Positions 47,735 to 57,734 are shown, counted from the first letter of the stretch. The stretch is DNA of 64,000 bases from a virus (IMGVR_UViG_3300032288_005197:21561-85560), one strand, 5' to 3'. A program made the numbers and translations. Notes: generated by a model from the letters alone, not told the origin.

Positions 47735-48055
47735 CTATTCTTCTAATTCCCATCCGTCTTCTGAGTGCATGTACTCGCAGCACGGATATTCTCTGCCCCT
47801 TTCATCAAGGTGGGTCCAAGTGTGGTCATCGATCCATTTAATCGGCTCGTCTTTTGGTCCTGGAACCATCGGATTACTATCAACATCCCCTGGCGGAAAG
47901 TAATCCTCTCTTCTAATTGAGTAGTAATTACACTCGCAACCTCTTGGTACGCAGTCATCGCATGAATTGGGATTTCCTCCGTCCAAGTATCCTGGCATAT
48001 AGCACCAGGTCGCGATCTTTCCACAATCGCATAGTTCCTTACCAGCTATCGACAT
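47735..48055 (-). CDS. Cys-rich hypothetical protein
   Basis: CDCGK.A.W.YMP...CDDCVPRGCECN...GREYPCCEY. Confidence 0.65.
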   Translation of the reverse strand: MSIAGKELCDCGKIATWCYMPGYLDGGNPNSCDDCVPRGCECNYYSIRREDYFPPGDVDSNPMVPGPKDEPIKWIDDHTWTHLDERGREYPCCEYMHSEDGWELEE

Positions 48056-48314
48056 CAGTTAAGTCTATTTTTACCCTTGCAGTATGTGAGTATACTTCAA
48101 TACCCTCTCCGATTCCATTCGGTGTAATCGACCAGGTTAGGAGTCCAATCTCTCCATAAATGGCTTTGATGTGAGTGCACCACTTATCAAACTTCTTTTG
48201 CTGCTTGTTGTTTAGCTCGAGTGTTATTACTTTGTTTGCCATTGTACTGTTTAAAAATTTTACTGAACTTCTTTTCCCAGGTTTTAATTCCCTTGAGTTT
48301 ATCCATTCCATCAT
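48039..48314 (-). CDS. Hypothetical protein
   Basis: ITPNGIG...IDLTDVDSW motif; start probably MANKV. Confidence 0.6.
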   Translation of the reverse strand: MMEWINSRELKPGKRSSVKFLNSTMANKVITLELNNKQQKKFDKWCTHIKAIYGEIGLLTWSITPNGIGEGIEVYSHTARVKIDLTDVDSW

Positions 48315-48921
48315 GCAGACCGGTCGCTAAATAGGCTTGAGTCTCGTCAGCCAGCACCTTTTCTGGATAACCTTCCTTGATTAAGAATTCATTTAATGCC
48401 TCGGTCAGCTTGGTCGGCACCTGCTTCAGCAGACCGGTCATGGCCGCTTTGTATTCTGGATCGGTAAAGAACCTTGCATGCGCCATCTCGTGATCCATTA
48501 CCCATGAATCCAATGAGTCGACTCCAAGTAGGTAAAAATTACCTCTTCGTTGGTGTTGACGAATTTGCCACAAGATGTTCATCATGTGTTCGTCGTACGG
48601 CGTGACCATGTCAACGTCATAGTCTAACTGATCGTAACAGCCTTCGACCTCATTACTTGGCACATTGTAACCTGACCAATCCGCGGGATAGGAAAAATGA
48701 TCCTTGCCCCAGTGCTTTCTGTATCGATTCATGTAGGCAAAAATATTGAAGTTACGACCTCTAAAATCCGAAAAAGCGGATTCATAATATTCTTGAGCTC
48801 TCAAGAAGAGCATTGCTCGATCGTAATCATCGGTCACTTGGACCGCGTAAATCTTGGGTGCAACCTCGTACAGTGAGTACGTTATGATTGGCAAATCTTC
48901 GGTGTGAGATAATAATTTCAT
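48187..48921 (-). CDS. Hypothetical protein (possible zincin-like HExxH)
   Basis: HEMAH and DETQAY motifs. Confidence 0.6.
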   Translation of the reverse strand: MKLLSHTEDLPIITYSLYEVAPKIYAVQVTDDYDRAMLFLRAQEYYESAFSDFRGRNFNIFAYMNRYRKHWGKDHFSYPADWSGYNVPSNEVEGCYDQLDYDVDMVTPYDEHMMNILWQIRQHQRRGNFYLLGVDSLDSWVMDHEMAHARFFTDPEYKAAMTGLLKQVPTKLTEALNEFLIKEGYPEKVLADETQAYLATGLHDGMDKLKGIKTWEKKFSKIFKQYNGKQSNNTRAKQQAAKEV

Positions 48922-48956
48922 TTTACAGATTAGTAGCGTTTTAGTTTACACATTAT

Positions 48957-48981
48957 AAAAAAGGCAACCATTAGGCTGCCT
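48957..48981 (-). terminator. Intrinsic terminator
   Basis: AGGCAGCC-taat-GGTTGCCT plus a T-run. Confidence 0.75.
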
Positions 48982-48983
48982 CT

Positions 48984-49133
48984 CTATAATCTTCCAGTCA
49001 ATACATAATAGATGGAGATCAGTCCAACGGCAACAGCAGTTACAACTATTATCCATGAAATGATTTTAGCTGTGTCCTCGACTTGTTTACGAGTTCGACC
49101 TTGCCATTGATTTCTATCCCATCCGTTTTCCAT
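48984..49133 (-). CDS. Small membrane protein (49 aa, absent from the ORF track)
   Basis: MENGWDRNQWQGRTRKQVEDTAKIISWIIVVTAVAVGLISIYYVLTGRL. Confidence 0.6.
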   Translation of the reverse strand: MENGWDRNQWQGRTRKQVEDTAKIISWIIVVTAVAVGLISIYYVLTGRL

Positions 49134-49193
49134 GAACTAGAATTTTTAACCTAAAACGTCTTCTATTATAATTTCCATTTTATAAATTTAAAA

Positions 49194-49268
49194 AGAAGAG
49201 GGAGGAATCCAACCCACCGTCACGGCCATTATGGCTTGCTCTCATTGGTGTCACTGAGCTACTCTTCT
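49194..49268 (-). ncRNA. tRNA-like element with collapsed anticodon loop
   Basis: AGAAGAG/CTCTTCT acceptor, TAGCTC..GAGC D-arm, GCCA-TAA-TGGC hairpin, degenerate T-arm. Confidence 0.55.
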
Positions 49269-49353
49269 TGGTGCGGATGAAGGGACTCGAACCCCCACGT
49301 CGTGAAACACTAGATCCTAAGTCTAGCGCGGCTACCAATTACGCCACATCCGC
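49269..49353 (-). tRNA. tRNA-Leu(TAG), second copy
   Basis: CTAGA-CT-TAG-GA-TCTAG; ACCA end. Confidence 0.95.
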
Positions 49354-49394
49354 ATTTTAAAGAACTATTTTTTATTTAAGGCTATTATACCCAA

Positions 49395-49874
49395 TTAAAC
49401 GGTGTGCGGTATCTGAATTCTCACACAAGTTTGAGGTTGATGCTCATTCATCAAGAAATTATTGATGTAGCCCATAATATTGGCTGCTCCAATCGGATTC
49501 GCCGAGTGCACATAAACCTGTGGAAATCTAATCTGTAGGCCAATCTTTCTAAGTCTTGAGGTATCCAGCGCTTCTGGGTACAAATCATAGAAATAATTAA
49601 CCAACCATTTAGCACAATCGTATCCAGTTTTCTCCTTGATATTATTATAGTCAAGAGTGTAGTTGGGACTCACATTATTGAAGTACTCTGACATTGCTGA
49701 GTCACCTAGGTCGTGATCCAATGAGATCATGTGAATGTTATCTAATCCAAGTTCTTTCACCTTGTCAACGAACTCCTGATAGCTTCTAACCACTATCCAA
49801 TCTCCGCCGGCTGGATCAAGTTTCGGTGTACGTACATCATCCAAGTAGATGCGAACTAATTTATTCTCCTCCAT
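49395..49874 (-). CDS. Cyclic-phosphate-processing receiver domain protein
   Basis: IYLDDVR.P, W..VRSY.EF, ISLDHDLG, TGYDCAKWL, VHSANPIG. Confidence 0.8.
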   Translation of the reverse strand: MEENKLVRIYLDDVRTPKLDPAGGDWIVVRSYQEFVDKVKELGLDNIHMISLDHDLGDSAMSEYFNNVSPNYTLDYNNIKEKTGYDCAKWLVNYFYDLYPEALDTSRLRKIGLQIRFPQVYVHSANPIGAANIMGYINNFLMNEHQPQTCVRIQIPHTV

Positions 49875-50937
49875 TTAGTAAAAATTTATTTGAAATTGCT
49901 TTAAACGAAATTTTTCGATCGTGACTTCTGATAACAACTCCCTCTCTATCAAAATTTGGATTAAGCGTTGATTTTGCATCAGCGTACTCAAGCAATTGAT
50001 CTATTGTATCAGGCAAAGTGAATTCGGTTTCAACGATTGGAACAATTGGTAAACCCAATCCCAAGATTAATTTAGTAAACTCTTCAAATCCCAAGTATTC
50101 TTGAGTATCAATATTGAATGCATTAAAGAAGTAAACAGCTTGACCTCTTAATTTATACGGGTTCTTTTGAATTCCCTCACCTACCAATTCTCCTTGAATG
50201 CAGATATTGTAGCCAACTGACTCTAATTTAGACTTAAGCTCCATTTCTCTAGCGACTTTCCAAAAAGTATTTTCATCAGTCTCAAGCAGTTCCAAATTAC
50301 GGGAACAGGCTCCAAACTCTCCGTCCTTTAGGTAGAAAGTTGCGGAAGAACCGTCTAGTTTCTCAGTTACGTAAAATGACCGATCTTTCCAACTTTCATA
50401 ATTGTCGGTTAAGTTTTGTACACGCTCCTCATCAGTCTTGTGAATGAATGATGGGAACATACCTTTAACCTTACCTGCTAATTCAGCTGGAATTGGAGGC
50501 TCGTACTTAAGCACGCACATGTACTCTGTAACGTCAGATCCTTCTTCGATAACTATTGCATCATCATACGGGCCAAGCTGAAGCTGGTCTCCCCAAGGTT
50601 GCTTGCTGATTCCAATCTTCATCTCATCTTCCTTTTCCAGAATACTTAACGGTAAACATAGCCCTTGCGAAACCTGCCCTCTAAGCTTAATCGTTTTTAA
50701 TCTGAATCCCTCTAAGTCTCCCATCTTTTTATACGAGGATTTTCTTAGGAATTCAAAATCCTTCTCCATCGGTAGAAACGAATCTATTTCAAAATAGACG
50801 CAGAGGTCGCCCTCTTTGAATTCACCTTTTTTTGCAACGACGTTCCAGCTATTGATCTGAACTACTTCGATTGCATCAGCTCCATCAATCGGTTTGATTG
50901 CACGGACTCTTTGAATGCTTGCTAATTTTCTTTCCAT
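49861..50937 (-). CDS. RNA ligase, DRB0094/Rnl5 family
   Basis: N-terminal OB-like ADAIE...YFEIDS...LRGQVSQGL; KTDEERVQN, TEKLDGSS, QGELVG, REGVV, FKAISNKFL. Confidence 0.9.
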   Translation of the reverse strand: MERKLASIQRVRAIKPIDGADAIEVVQINSWNVVAKKGEFKEGDLCVYFEIDSFLPMEKDFEFLRKSSYKKMGDLEGFRLKTIKLRGQVSQGLCLPLSILEKEDEMKIGISKQPWGDQLQLGPYDDAIVIEEGSDVTEYMCVLKYEPPIPAELAGKVKGMFPSFIHKTDEERVQNLTDNYESWKDRSFYVTEKLDGSSATFYLKDGEFGACSRNLELLETDENTFWKVAREMELKSKLESVGYNICIQGELVGEGIQKNPYKLRGQAVYFFNAFNIDTQEYLGFEEFTKLILGLGLPIVPIVETEFTLPDTIDQLLEYADAKSTLNPNFDREGVVIRSHDRKISFKAISNKFLLNGGE

Positions 50938-50940
50938 TTT

Positions 50941-51243
50941 TTAATCTTTTATTTTTAAAATTAAGGTACCCCAACCGAGGCCAATCCAAAATTTGAACCA
51001 AATGACTTCTACACCAATCATTAAGTTTGGTGAGTGCGTATCCTTCCATAACCACTTAGGCAAACCTTTGGTTGAACCCACCGTTCGGTACGTCTTCCAC
51101 CAAATTCCCAATCTTCTCTCAAGCGTCCACTTTCGTTTGTTCCACCAATTATGGTCAGTTTCCTCCTCCCATTGGTGTCTGAGTACTAGGTCGATCTTAA
51201 GTTGACCCAGGCTAGCGTGAAGGCCGTGATTACTCTTTCTCAT
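50941..51243 (-). CDS. Hypothetical protein
   Basis: Trp-rich coupled ORF. Confidence 0.55.
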   Translation of the reverse strand: MRKSNHGLHASLGQLKIDLVLRHQWEEETDHNWWNKRKWTLERRLGIWWKTYRTVGSTKGLPKWLWKDTHSPNLMIGVEVIWFKFWIGLGWGTLILKIKD

Positions 51244-51463
51244 GGCTTGAGTTTTTGATTATTGTGTAGGTTCCGCATACTGTTACTACTTGCGGATCTC
51301 CACCGCAATTGCACTCGTTCTTGAACACAATGCAACCGTTCGCGTCCTTTGTATAGGAATTTGTCATGTATTGACCGCCTTCGCCGTTAATCGTGTACTT
51401 TGCCCGTTTTCCGCAGCTTGCAAAAATTGAAGCTACGAATAATAAAATTATTATCTTTTTCAT
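51230..51463 (-). CDS. Hypothetical lipoprotein
   Basis: FASC lipobox. Confidence 0.6.
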   Translation of the reverse strand: MKKIIILLFVASIFASCGKRAKYTINGEGGQYMTNSYTKDANGCIVFKNECNCGGDPQVVTVCGTYTIIKNSSHEKE

Positions 51464-51464
51464 A

Positions 51465-52037
51465 TTAATCGTTAAATAAATTCACTAAGTAACTAAACAT
51501 TTCAAAATAGGGATGAGTGTTAGTATCATCGTATCCTAATTTTAGCATGAAGTTATCATTCTCTTTCCGATACATCTCGTGCATTCGACTGCCAGTCATC
51601 TTTGAGTACTGCACATTAGCGATACGATCGCATAACTTAACGAACACCGCTCCAGGCGTATTTCGGATTCCTTCATAGTACTTGTCATTCGCACGCTCAT
51701 TACGGTTTTTACCTTTCTCATTAGTAACAGCATAGACGATATCAGCAGCCTCTTGACCAAGTACATGCTTTACGTCATTGTAGGAAACTCGACAATCCTC
51801 TATTAAATCATGACCCCATGCTGCTCGCAAGCAGGCGGATCTTAGCGTAACTGTCCTATCATTTCCACGATCGATCACACGAACTCCTGTGAAGTAGTCG
51901 ACCTTATCGTCTAACAGGTGCCTGTACTTATCCGCAACATGAGCTACCATTCGTAAATGGAACTCGTAAGGTAGGTAAGTATCGTACATGTGATTTGTTT
52001 CTGTGTGCTGATTAATGCACCATTGTGATGTGTTCAT
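51465..52037 (-). CDS. HD-domain phosphohydrolase (Mesh1/SpoT hydrolase-like)
   Basis: H...Y...PY.FHL..V, HDLIED, VT..KG.NR, VKLCDRIAN. Confidence 0.8.
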   Translation of the reverse strand: MNTSQWCINQHTETNHMYDTYLPYEFHLRMVAHVADKYRHLLDDKVDYFTGVRVIDRGNDRTVTLRSACLRAAWGHDLIEDCRVSYNDVKHVLGQEAADIVYAVTNEKGKNRNERANDKYYEGIRNTPGAVFVKLCDRIANVQYSKMTGSRMHEMYRKENDNFMLKLGYDDTNTHPYFEMFSYLVNLFND

Positions 52038-52038
52038 A

Positions 52039-52776
52039 TTATTCCTCCATTGTCGGTTTTAACCAAATCTTTGTCATAAAAATGTATTCAAATAGAGCTG
52101 GATACCTCATCAACACTTTGAGAGTTTCGGCAGTATCGTGCTTGAAGCATTTGAGTAATTCTTCCCGGATTCTCTCAGCTGATACGACTGCCATGAAGAC
52201 TTCATAATCGAAGTGCTTGATGTGCTGATGCATTTCGGCTGTGATTACAAATCCTTTAGTAATCATGAATCTGACCGCTCTTAAGATTCTCAACGGATCG
52301 TCCTTGAAAGTAACTTCACAAGGTAAAGGTGTTCTAAGAACTCCGTTTTTCAAATCCTCAATTCCGTTGAATGGGTCAATCAACGCGCCGTTCTCGTCCT
52401 TGGCTATTGCATTGAGCGTGAAGTCACGTCTTTCCAAGTCATCGAATAGAGTTCCTGGCTTGACGATCGGTGTTCTACTAAAAGGCACGTACCCAATCTC
52501 TTTTCTGGCCATTACGAAATCCGCAACTCCCTGGTACTTGTGACCTTCTGGAAATTTAGCCCTGATCGTATAACACTCTGTAGTTACCAAAAAGATCTGA
52601 AACTTCTCACGAGTCAAATAGTCAACCAGAACTTCAAATAGGTCAGCTGCTTCCGGAAATTCTTCAATTAAAGAATCCTTGGGAACGGCAACGAAATCGA
52701 CGTCCTTTGACTGGATTCCAAGAATCTCGTCCCTGACCTTTCCACCAACTTCATAAAATTTAAAAAACGGTTTCAT
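52039..52776 (-). CDS. cca: tRNA nucleotidyltransferase (CCA-adding enzyme family)
   Basis: VGGKVRD.ILG...KDVDF, DLERRDFTLNAIA, DPFNG..DL, F.DDPLRILRAVRF, VSAERIREEL. Confidence 0.85.
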   Translation of the reverse strand: MKPFFKFYEVGGKVRDEILGIQSKDVDFVAVPKDSLIEEFPEAADLFEVLVDYLTREKFQIFLVTTECYTIRAKFPEGHKYQGVADFVMARKEIGYVPFSRTPIVKPGTLFDDLERRDFTLNAIAKDENGALIDPFNGIEDLKNGVLRTPLPCEVTFKDDPLRILRAVRFMITKGFVITAEMHQHIKHFDYEVFMAVVSAERIREELLKCFKHDTAETLKVLMRYPALFEYIFMTKIWLKPTMEE

Positions 52777-52793
52777 ATTTTTTAATATACTAA

Positions 52794-53462
52794 TTATCGA
52801 CCCTCATTTGTTTCATGATGATCGTTTGGTAAAACTAAACACCTAATTGGGCGATCTCTCATGATCTTTGCGATCTCTTGTAGAGAGTAAGGACTTAGCT
52901 CATTACCGTCCATGCCAACGTCCATGGCCTTACCCTCATGCAGTTTATTCTCTGGGCCCAAGTGAACGTGACCGTGCAGGTGAATGACTCCACGATTCAT
53001 GTCGTGCCAGCTTGCAATCGGATAATGACACATGACTAAGGTCTTTTTAATGACCTCGCCTGGGTTTATTGAATTGGGTTCGTTTGGAATCGTAAGCTCA
53101 AGTCTCAAGTACTCGTTTACCGAACTGAATAACTTTCGGATTCCTCCCTTGTCCCTCTCGATGTGATGGTCGTGATTTCCTAGCAGGAGATGAATGTTCT
53201 TACACAAGATTCTCTCCCTAAACTCTGCTATATTCTCGTATCCTCCGAATGACCAGTCTCCCAAGTGGAATAGAATATCCTCTTCCCTAACTAGGTGATT
53301 GATGTTATTGATTATTGCCTCATTCATCTGCTCCAAGGTATCGAAATCTCTGGTCTTACTTGACTCAGGCCAGTTAGAGGTTCCCCTACAGATATTTGAG
53401 TGTTTATAGTGAGTGTCCGATGTAAACCATATACGTTGATGCGGTTGTAGTGTAATTTTCAT
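52794..53462 (-). CDS. Calcineurin-like metallophosphoesterase
   Basis: SDTH, HLGD, GNHD, HYP, HGHVH, DVGMD. Confidence 0.85.
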   Translation of the reverse strand: MKITLQPHQRIWFTSDTHYKHSNICRGTSNWPESSKTRDFDTLEQMNEAIINNINHLVREEDILFHLGDWSFGGYENIAEFRERILCKNIHLLLGNHDHHIERDKGGIRKLFSSVNEYLRLELTIPNEPNSINPGEVIKKTLVMCHYPIASWHDMNRGVIHLHGHVHLGPENKLHEGKAMDVGMDGNELSPYSLQEIAKIMRDRPIRCLVLPNDHHETNEGR

Positions 53463-53496
53463 GAAGTTAATTTACCAAAACTTTTTCTAGCCTAAT

Positions 53497-53523
53497 AAAA
53501 AAAGCAATCTTTCGATTGCTTTC
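53497..53523. terminator. Intrinsic terminator
   Basis: AAAAGCAATC-tttc-GATTGCTTTT. Confidence 0.8.
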
Positions 53524-53543
53524 AGTATAGCTATTTGCTAGAG

Positions 53544-54113
53544 TTATTTCTTTCGTATTGGTATCTTAACTGTCTTTGTTAAAAAGCAGCCATGATCGTC
53601 TTCTATTTTGATGCTATAGGTTCCTGCTCTTATGTTGTCAGTCCAATTCATGTAAGGATGACTGTCTCTATTCAGTGTAGATCCGTCGCTAGCGTACCAA
53701 GTGATTAGATATGGCTGCAGTTCAGCAGTTCCGCCGGTTACTTCAACTGCAGCGATCGCGAGGTCGTCCCTTGTTGCTGGATATTTTTCAATCACGAACC
53801 TAAGCTTAAGCGCTTTAGGTTCAGTCACCGTCACCTTAGTCGATTTGAATGTTTTGCCATCACGAGTTGCTGAAACTTTATAGACTCCGGGTTCCAATCC
53901 TCTGAAAAAACCAGATGGGTTAGAGTCATTAAATTTGCCTCTAGTGATTACATACTTGTAATCTCCTTCTGGGGAACAAGTCGCTTGAATCGAACCATCA
54001 TTGTTTCCTTTACATGAAACTGTCTGATCAAGGAAAGCTCTAAATTCAAAATCTTGAGAATTTGCTTTAATCGTAGTGAATGCAATCAAAATCAATAGTA
54101 TAAATTTTCTCAT
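53544..54113 (-). CDS. Secreted SprB-repeat-like protein
   Basis: Signal peptide; VSCKGNNDGSI, GLEPGVY.V, GGT...PY...W, AGTY...I.D..GC. Confidence 0.7.
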   Translation of the reverse strand: MRKFILLILIAFTTIKANSQDFEFRAFLDQTVSCKGNNDGSIQATCSPEGDYKYVITRGKFNDSNPSGFFRGLEPGVYKVSATRDGKTFKSTKVTVTEPKALKLRFVIEKYPATRDDLAIAAVEVTGGTAELQPYLITWYASDGSTLNRDSHPYMNWTDNIRAGTYSIKIEDDHGCFLTKTVKIPIRKK

Positions 54114-54212
54114 AAAGTTTTATTGTTATTTATTGATTTTTCATACACAATGAACCGAATTGATCATTTTTAACCGGTCATTAACTAACCGTGAATTACT
54201 GTCTCAAAAATT

Positions 54213-54467
54213 TTAAATTCCATGTTCCGTACAATACCTTAAGTAGATAGCCTGCTGCCTGATTCCAAATTCCCTAGTTAATAAATTAGCCGGAGCTCCT
54301 TCATTGACGACTAGGCTTACGTAGCCTGACATTCGTTGAGAATCAAATTCCTTTACTCGACCTTGCACTTTTCCAGTTTCCGGATCAGCTATTAATTTGA
54401 TCGCATTTGTCAAATCTTCAACAGTTTCGCAAAGATTGACCGCTCTAAATTTTTCTAGTTCTGTCAT
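54213..54467 (-). CDS. Hypothetical protein
   Basis: LTREFGIRQQAIY motif. Confidence 0.6.
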   Translation of the reverse strand: MTELEKFRAVNLCETVEDLTNAIKLIADPETGKVQGRVKEFDSQRMSGYVSLVVNEGAPANLLTREFGIRQQAIYLRYCTEHGI

Positions 54468-54479
54468 TTTATTATGTTA

Positions 54480-54899
54480 TTAGTTAATGTATTTAATTTT
54501 GGTTTTCATGATTGCATGAAGCCGAGTTAGTTCCTGAATCTGCGGGCCGCCCTGACACTTCTTTCTTAGATCTTGGAACTCATTGTTGAATATTGATGTC
54601 AATTCGTCCTTGGTCTTTGCAACATCAATTAGCTCTTCAACCGTTTCTGCATAGATCCAAAAAATCGTAGTTTTCCTCATCATTGACACCATGAGCATGG
54701 CCATCATGCCGAACAACAGGCCTGACATTGCTCCGATCTTCAAGCAGGCTTCGCCAGTTATGACTAGCTCTGGAGAGGTCGCGTCAATCTTTTGAAGAAA
54801 ATAGAACAGTGAGGCAATCAACGTGCCAGTTAGGAACCAGCAAATAATATACACTTGCCATAAAGGCGATTTATCGAAGAATTGATTTATCTTGTTCAT
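54480..54899 (-). CDS. Hypothetical membrane protein
   Basis: Two hydrophobic helices. Confidence 0.6.
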   Translation of the reverse strand: MNKINQFFDKSPLWQVYIICWFLTGTLIASLFYFLQKIDATSPELVITGEACLKIGAMSGLLFGMMAMLMVSMMRKTTIFWIYAETVEELIDVAKTKDELTSIFNNEFQDLRKKCQGGPQIQELTRLHAIMKTKIKYIN

Positions 54900-54932
54900 G
54901 AGTATTAATGTACTATAAAAACAAAAAACTGA

Positions 54933-55451
54933 CTACTTAGTGTAGTCAGTGTTCATGATCTCAGTTGCATAAGAATTTACTATCGGTTGACCTGTATTGT
55001 AACAACCGAGCGCGACTTCCCAGCTACCGTATCTCTTTTTCAAGTAGGAGAGCAACTTCATTGAGGTCTCAACGTTGAGATCCAGATCGTTTAGTAGTTT
55101 TTTTGCCGTAATCTTTTTCTTACCGATCCAAATGAAATTTGCGGTTGGAACCTGAATCTGCATTGCCCCGTATGCTTGGGCGGAAGATGTTAACTTTGGA
55201 TTGTAATTCCAATCGAATGGGCCAGAGTAACGTGTTTCCTTGTGAGCGACGCCCATTGCGATTCTAAAGGGTACTCCGTATTTGTCTGAATACTTCTTTA
55301 GATAGTCGTACATCTGGATACACGGTGGAGCGTGTTGAATGTCCATCGCTCCATCCGGTAGTCCATTTGATTTCTGACGCATTTCATAGCTCCACACAGC
55401 TCCAAACAGCATGACGCAGAAAAGGATTAATATGGCTCTTAATGAAAACAT
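54933..55451 (-). CDS. Lytic transglycosylase (SLT domain) with N-terminal anchor
   Basis: Catalytic ET, AYGAMQI...TA, AL..YNTG. Confidence 0.85.
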   Translation of the reverse strand: MFSLRAILILFCVMLFGAVWSYEMRQKSNGLPDGAMDIQHAPPCIQMYDYLKKYSDKYGVPFRIAMGVAHKETRYSGPFDWNYNPKLTSSAQAYGAMQIQVPTANFIWIGKKKITAKKLLNDLDLNVETSMKLLSYLKKRYGSWEVALGCYNTGQPIVNSYATEIMNTDYTK

Positions 55452-55457
55452 CTGAAA

Positions 55458-55790
55458 CTACTTTTGTGCAGAAACTGCCTGTTTGTAAATACGATTCGCG
55501 TAGAGATTGAAGATGACCATACCAACAGAATCTTGATAGATTGAGTAGATACCGGTCTTACGATCAATCACTAACAGTTCGTTGCGCTCATTGATTGCAA
55601 CTGATGTTGAGGTCAACGGTTTGATGTTGTCCCATTGAGTTTTATCAACCTTGGTTGTCATTACCCAGTAATAGTAACCAATGAAGAATCCTGCAACAAG
55701 TGCAATCACCAGCATTAATAAATTACCGAGTTTTTTTGCGAACGCGCTCACTTTATCAAGTGCAGCTGTCAAAATTTGCTTTTTATCCAT
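55458..55790 (-). CDS. Membrane protein next to the transglycosylase
   Basis: Single TM helix LLMLVIALVAGFFIGYYYW. Confidence 0.6.
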   Translation of the reverse strand: MDKKQILTAALDKVSAFAKKLGNLLMLVIALVAGFFIGYYYWVMTTKVDKTQWDNIKPLTSTSVAINERNELLVIDRKTGIYSIYQDSVGMVIFNLYANRIYKQAVSAQK

Positions 55791-55838
55791 AACTTAAGTT
55801 TTTGGGTTCTAGGTTAATATACCCAAATCTGGGCCAGA

Positions 55839-56699
55839 TTAGTGGCCGTTTGTGACGAGGTTATAAAATACCAAGCCTGTGACGTTAGTCGTCTTTGTAA
55901 TAGTAGGCGTGGAGTAGCTAAATGTTAGGACGTCTCCTCCGCCGTTTTCACCGAATTGGATTCTAACCGGATAGTAAGTTCCAGCAGTTAAAGCGATTGA
56001 TCCTGACTTTTCGGTGGTTCCATGAAGTCCTCCGTTATTTACAGTCGCATTAGCTGTACTGAAGCCAGTCGTCGCTGAACTGCCTATCCACATGTATGAG
56101 GCATCATCACTTGAAGTAAAGAAAGTGTAGGTTTCAGAAGTATTTGGCTTGAAATATCCCAACCATTGACAGCTAAAAAGAGAACCGTCGTCCGTTCCAG
56201 CTTCTGAAATGGCAGTAGTCTGCACGGACTTTTCCGGATTACTGCCGAATGCCTGAGACGTAGCCGTAGCAAAGAAGTTAACGTTATCTAAACTAGCGTT
56301 TCCGCTTATTGATCCAAAATAACCAGCATAAGTTGTCTTATATAGACCCGCTGCATAAGGTTGAAATGTTGTGTAATATCCATTTGCGGTTAACCAAGTA
56401 TAAGCATCAGAAGCGGATGCGAATGGGCTAGTGCCAAATCTTCTAGATAGACTATTAGCTAGGCTCAGAAAAGCTGGGTCGGTTTTAGCAGTCGACCTCC
56501 AGAATGAAGGATCTGAGCCGTTCTGCTTCACAATTAAATAGCCTACATCCTCGTCGGGTCCCATTCTCCAAGTTACCGAACCTGGTCGATTTGACCAAAT
56601 AGTAGTCGGAGTACCGGTTCCAATCGCAAAGTTACCAGTTTGGGTTGTTCCGGTAATTGCTGAACCTAAGTTTATAGCGTAAGGTCTATGAGTTGGCAT
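55839..56699 (-). CDS. Virion surface protein with PA14/GLEYA lectin domain
   Basis: FS..W.GYF.P...ETYTF...SDDASYMWIG, YYPVRIQFGENGGG; late motif at 56718-56725. Confidence 0.75.
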   Translation of the reverse strand: MPTHRPYAINLGSAITGTTQTGNFAIGTGTPTTIWSNRPGSVTWRMGPDEDVGYLIVKQNGSDPSFWRSTAKTDPAFLSLANSLSRRFGTSPFASASDAYTWLTANGYYTTFQPYAAGLYKTTYAGYFGSISGNASLDNVNFFATATSQAFGSNPEKSVQTTAISEAGTDDGSLFSCQWLGYFKPNTSETYTFFTSSDDASYMWIGSSATTGFSTANATVNNGGLHGTTEKSGSIALTAGTYYPVRIQFGENGGGDVLTFSYSTPTITKTTNVTGLVFYNLVTNGH

Positions 56700-56744
56700 T
56701 GGTCTGGGTGCTTTCGATTATTTATTAGAAGAGCACCCAACCTG

Positions 56745-57734
56745 CTAGGCTTTGTATAATTCAAGCCAGTGCTGAATCATTTCGTCCAGCATTGTTTCAA
56801 ACGTGTAATCATGAGACCACCCGGTGGCTCTTACTAATTTGCTAGGATCGCCCTTTAAGTCATGCAATTCTTCAGGTCTAAGAAACTTCTCGTCAGTTTT
56901 GACCCAGTCTTTCCAATTCAGGTCCAGTTTAGCAAAGACATACTCGCATAGATCCCTAACCGAATGAGATACGCCGGTCGCACAAACATAATCTCCAGGC
57001 TCGTTTAACTGTAGGATTTCCCACATTGCTCTAACGTAATCTTTGGCATGACCCCAATCTCTAGTCGCGTCTAAATTTCCTAACTTAAGTTCGGTTGAAA
57101 GTCCTAATTTAATTTTAACTGCCTCCTTGCACACTTTATTAGTAACGAAATTAGTACCGCGTCTTGGAGACTCGTGATTGAATAGGATTCCATTTGACAC
57201 GTACATGCCGTAAGAATTTCTATAATTTCTTGAAATGTTATATGAAAAGACTTTGGCACAACCGTACGGAGAGACCGGTGTCATTTGAGTAGTTTCGCGC
57301 TGGTACCCGTCCCGGTCAATTGAGTTTCCGAACATTTCAGAAGAAGACGCTTGATAGATTCTAGCATCAGGTTTAATTAGTCTCACAGCCTCCAACAAAT
57401 TCAGCGTGCTGAGACCGGTTGCATGCGCGGTGTAAATCGGCTGATCAAAAGAAATTCGGACATGCGACTGCGCTGCTAAGTTATAGACCTCGTCAGGCAT
57501 GATTTCTTGAACCACTCTGATCAAAGAGGATAGATCAGTAACGTCAGCGTAATGCAGCTTGACCTTTGAGTAAACCGAGTCAGTCAATCGAGCCGTTTGA
57601 TTCTCAGAGATTGAATTTCTTTTTAGGGTTCCGTGTACTTCGTATCCCTTATCCAATAGGAATTCTGCTAAGTACGAACCGTCTTGTCCGTTTATTCCGG
57701 TGATTAGTGCTTTTTTATTTTCTTGCTGTTTCAT
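56745..57734 (-). CDS. gmd: GDP-mannose 4,6-dehydratase
   Basis: ALITGINGQDGSYLAE, NLAAQSHVRISF, QASSSE, SPYGCAK, GILFNHESPRRG. Confidence 0.95.
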   Translation of the reverse strand: MKQQENKKALITGINGQDGSYLAEFLLDKGYEVHGTLKRNSISENQTARLTDSVYSKVKLHYADVTDLSSLIRVVQEIMPDEVYNLAAQSHVRISFDQPIYTAHATGLSTLNLLEAVRLIKPDARIYQASSSEMFGNSIDRDGYQRETTQMTPVSPYGCAKVFSYNISRNYRNSYGMYVSNGILFNHESPRRGTNFVTNKVCKEAVKIKLGLSTELKLGNLDATRDWGHAKDYVRAMWEILQLNEPGDYVCATGVSHSVRDLCEYVFAKLDLNWKDWVKTDEKFLRPEELHDLKGDPSKLVRATGWSHDYTFETMLDEMIQHWLELYKA

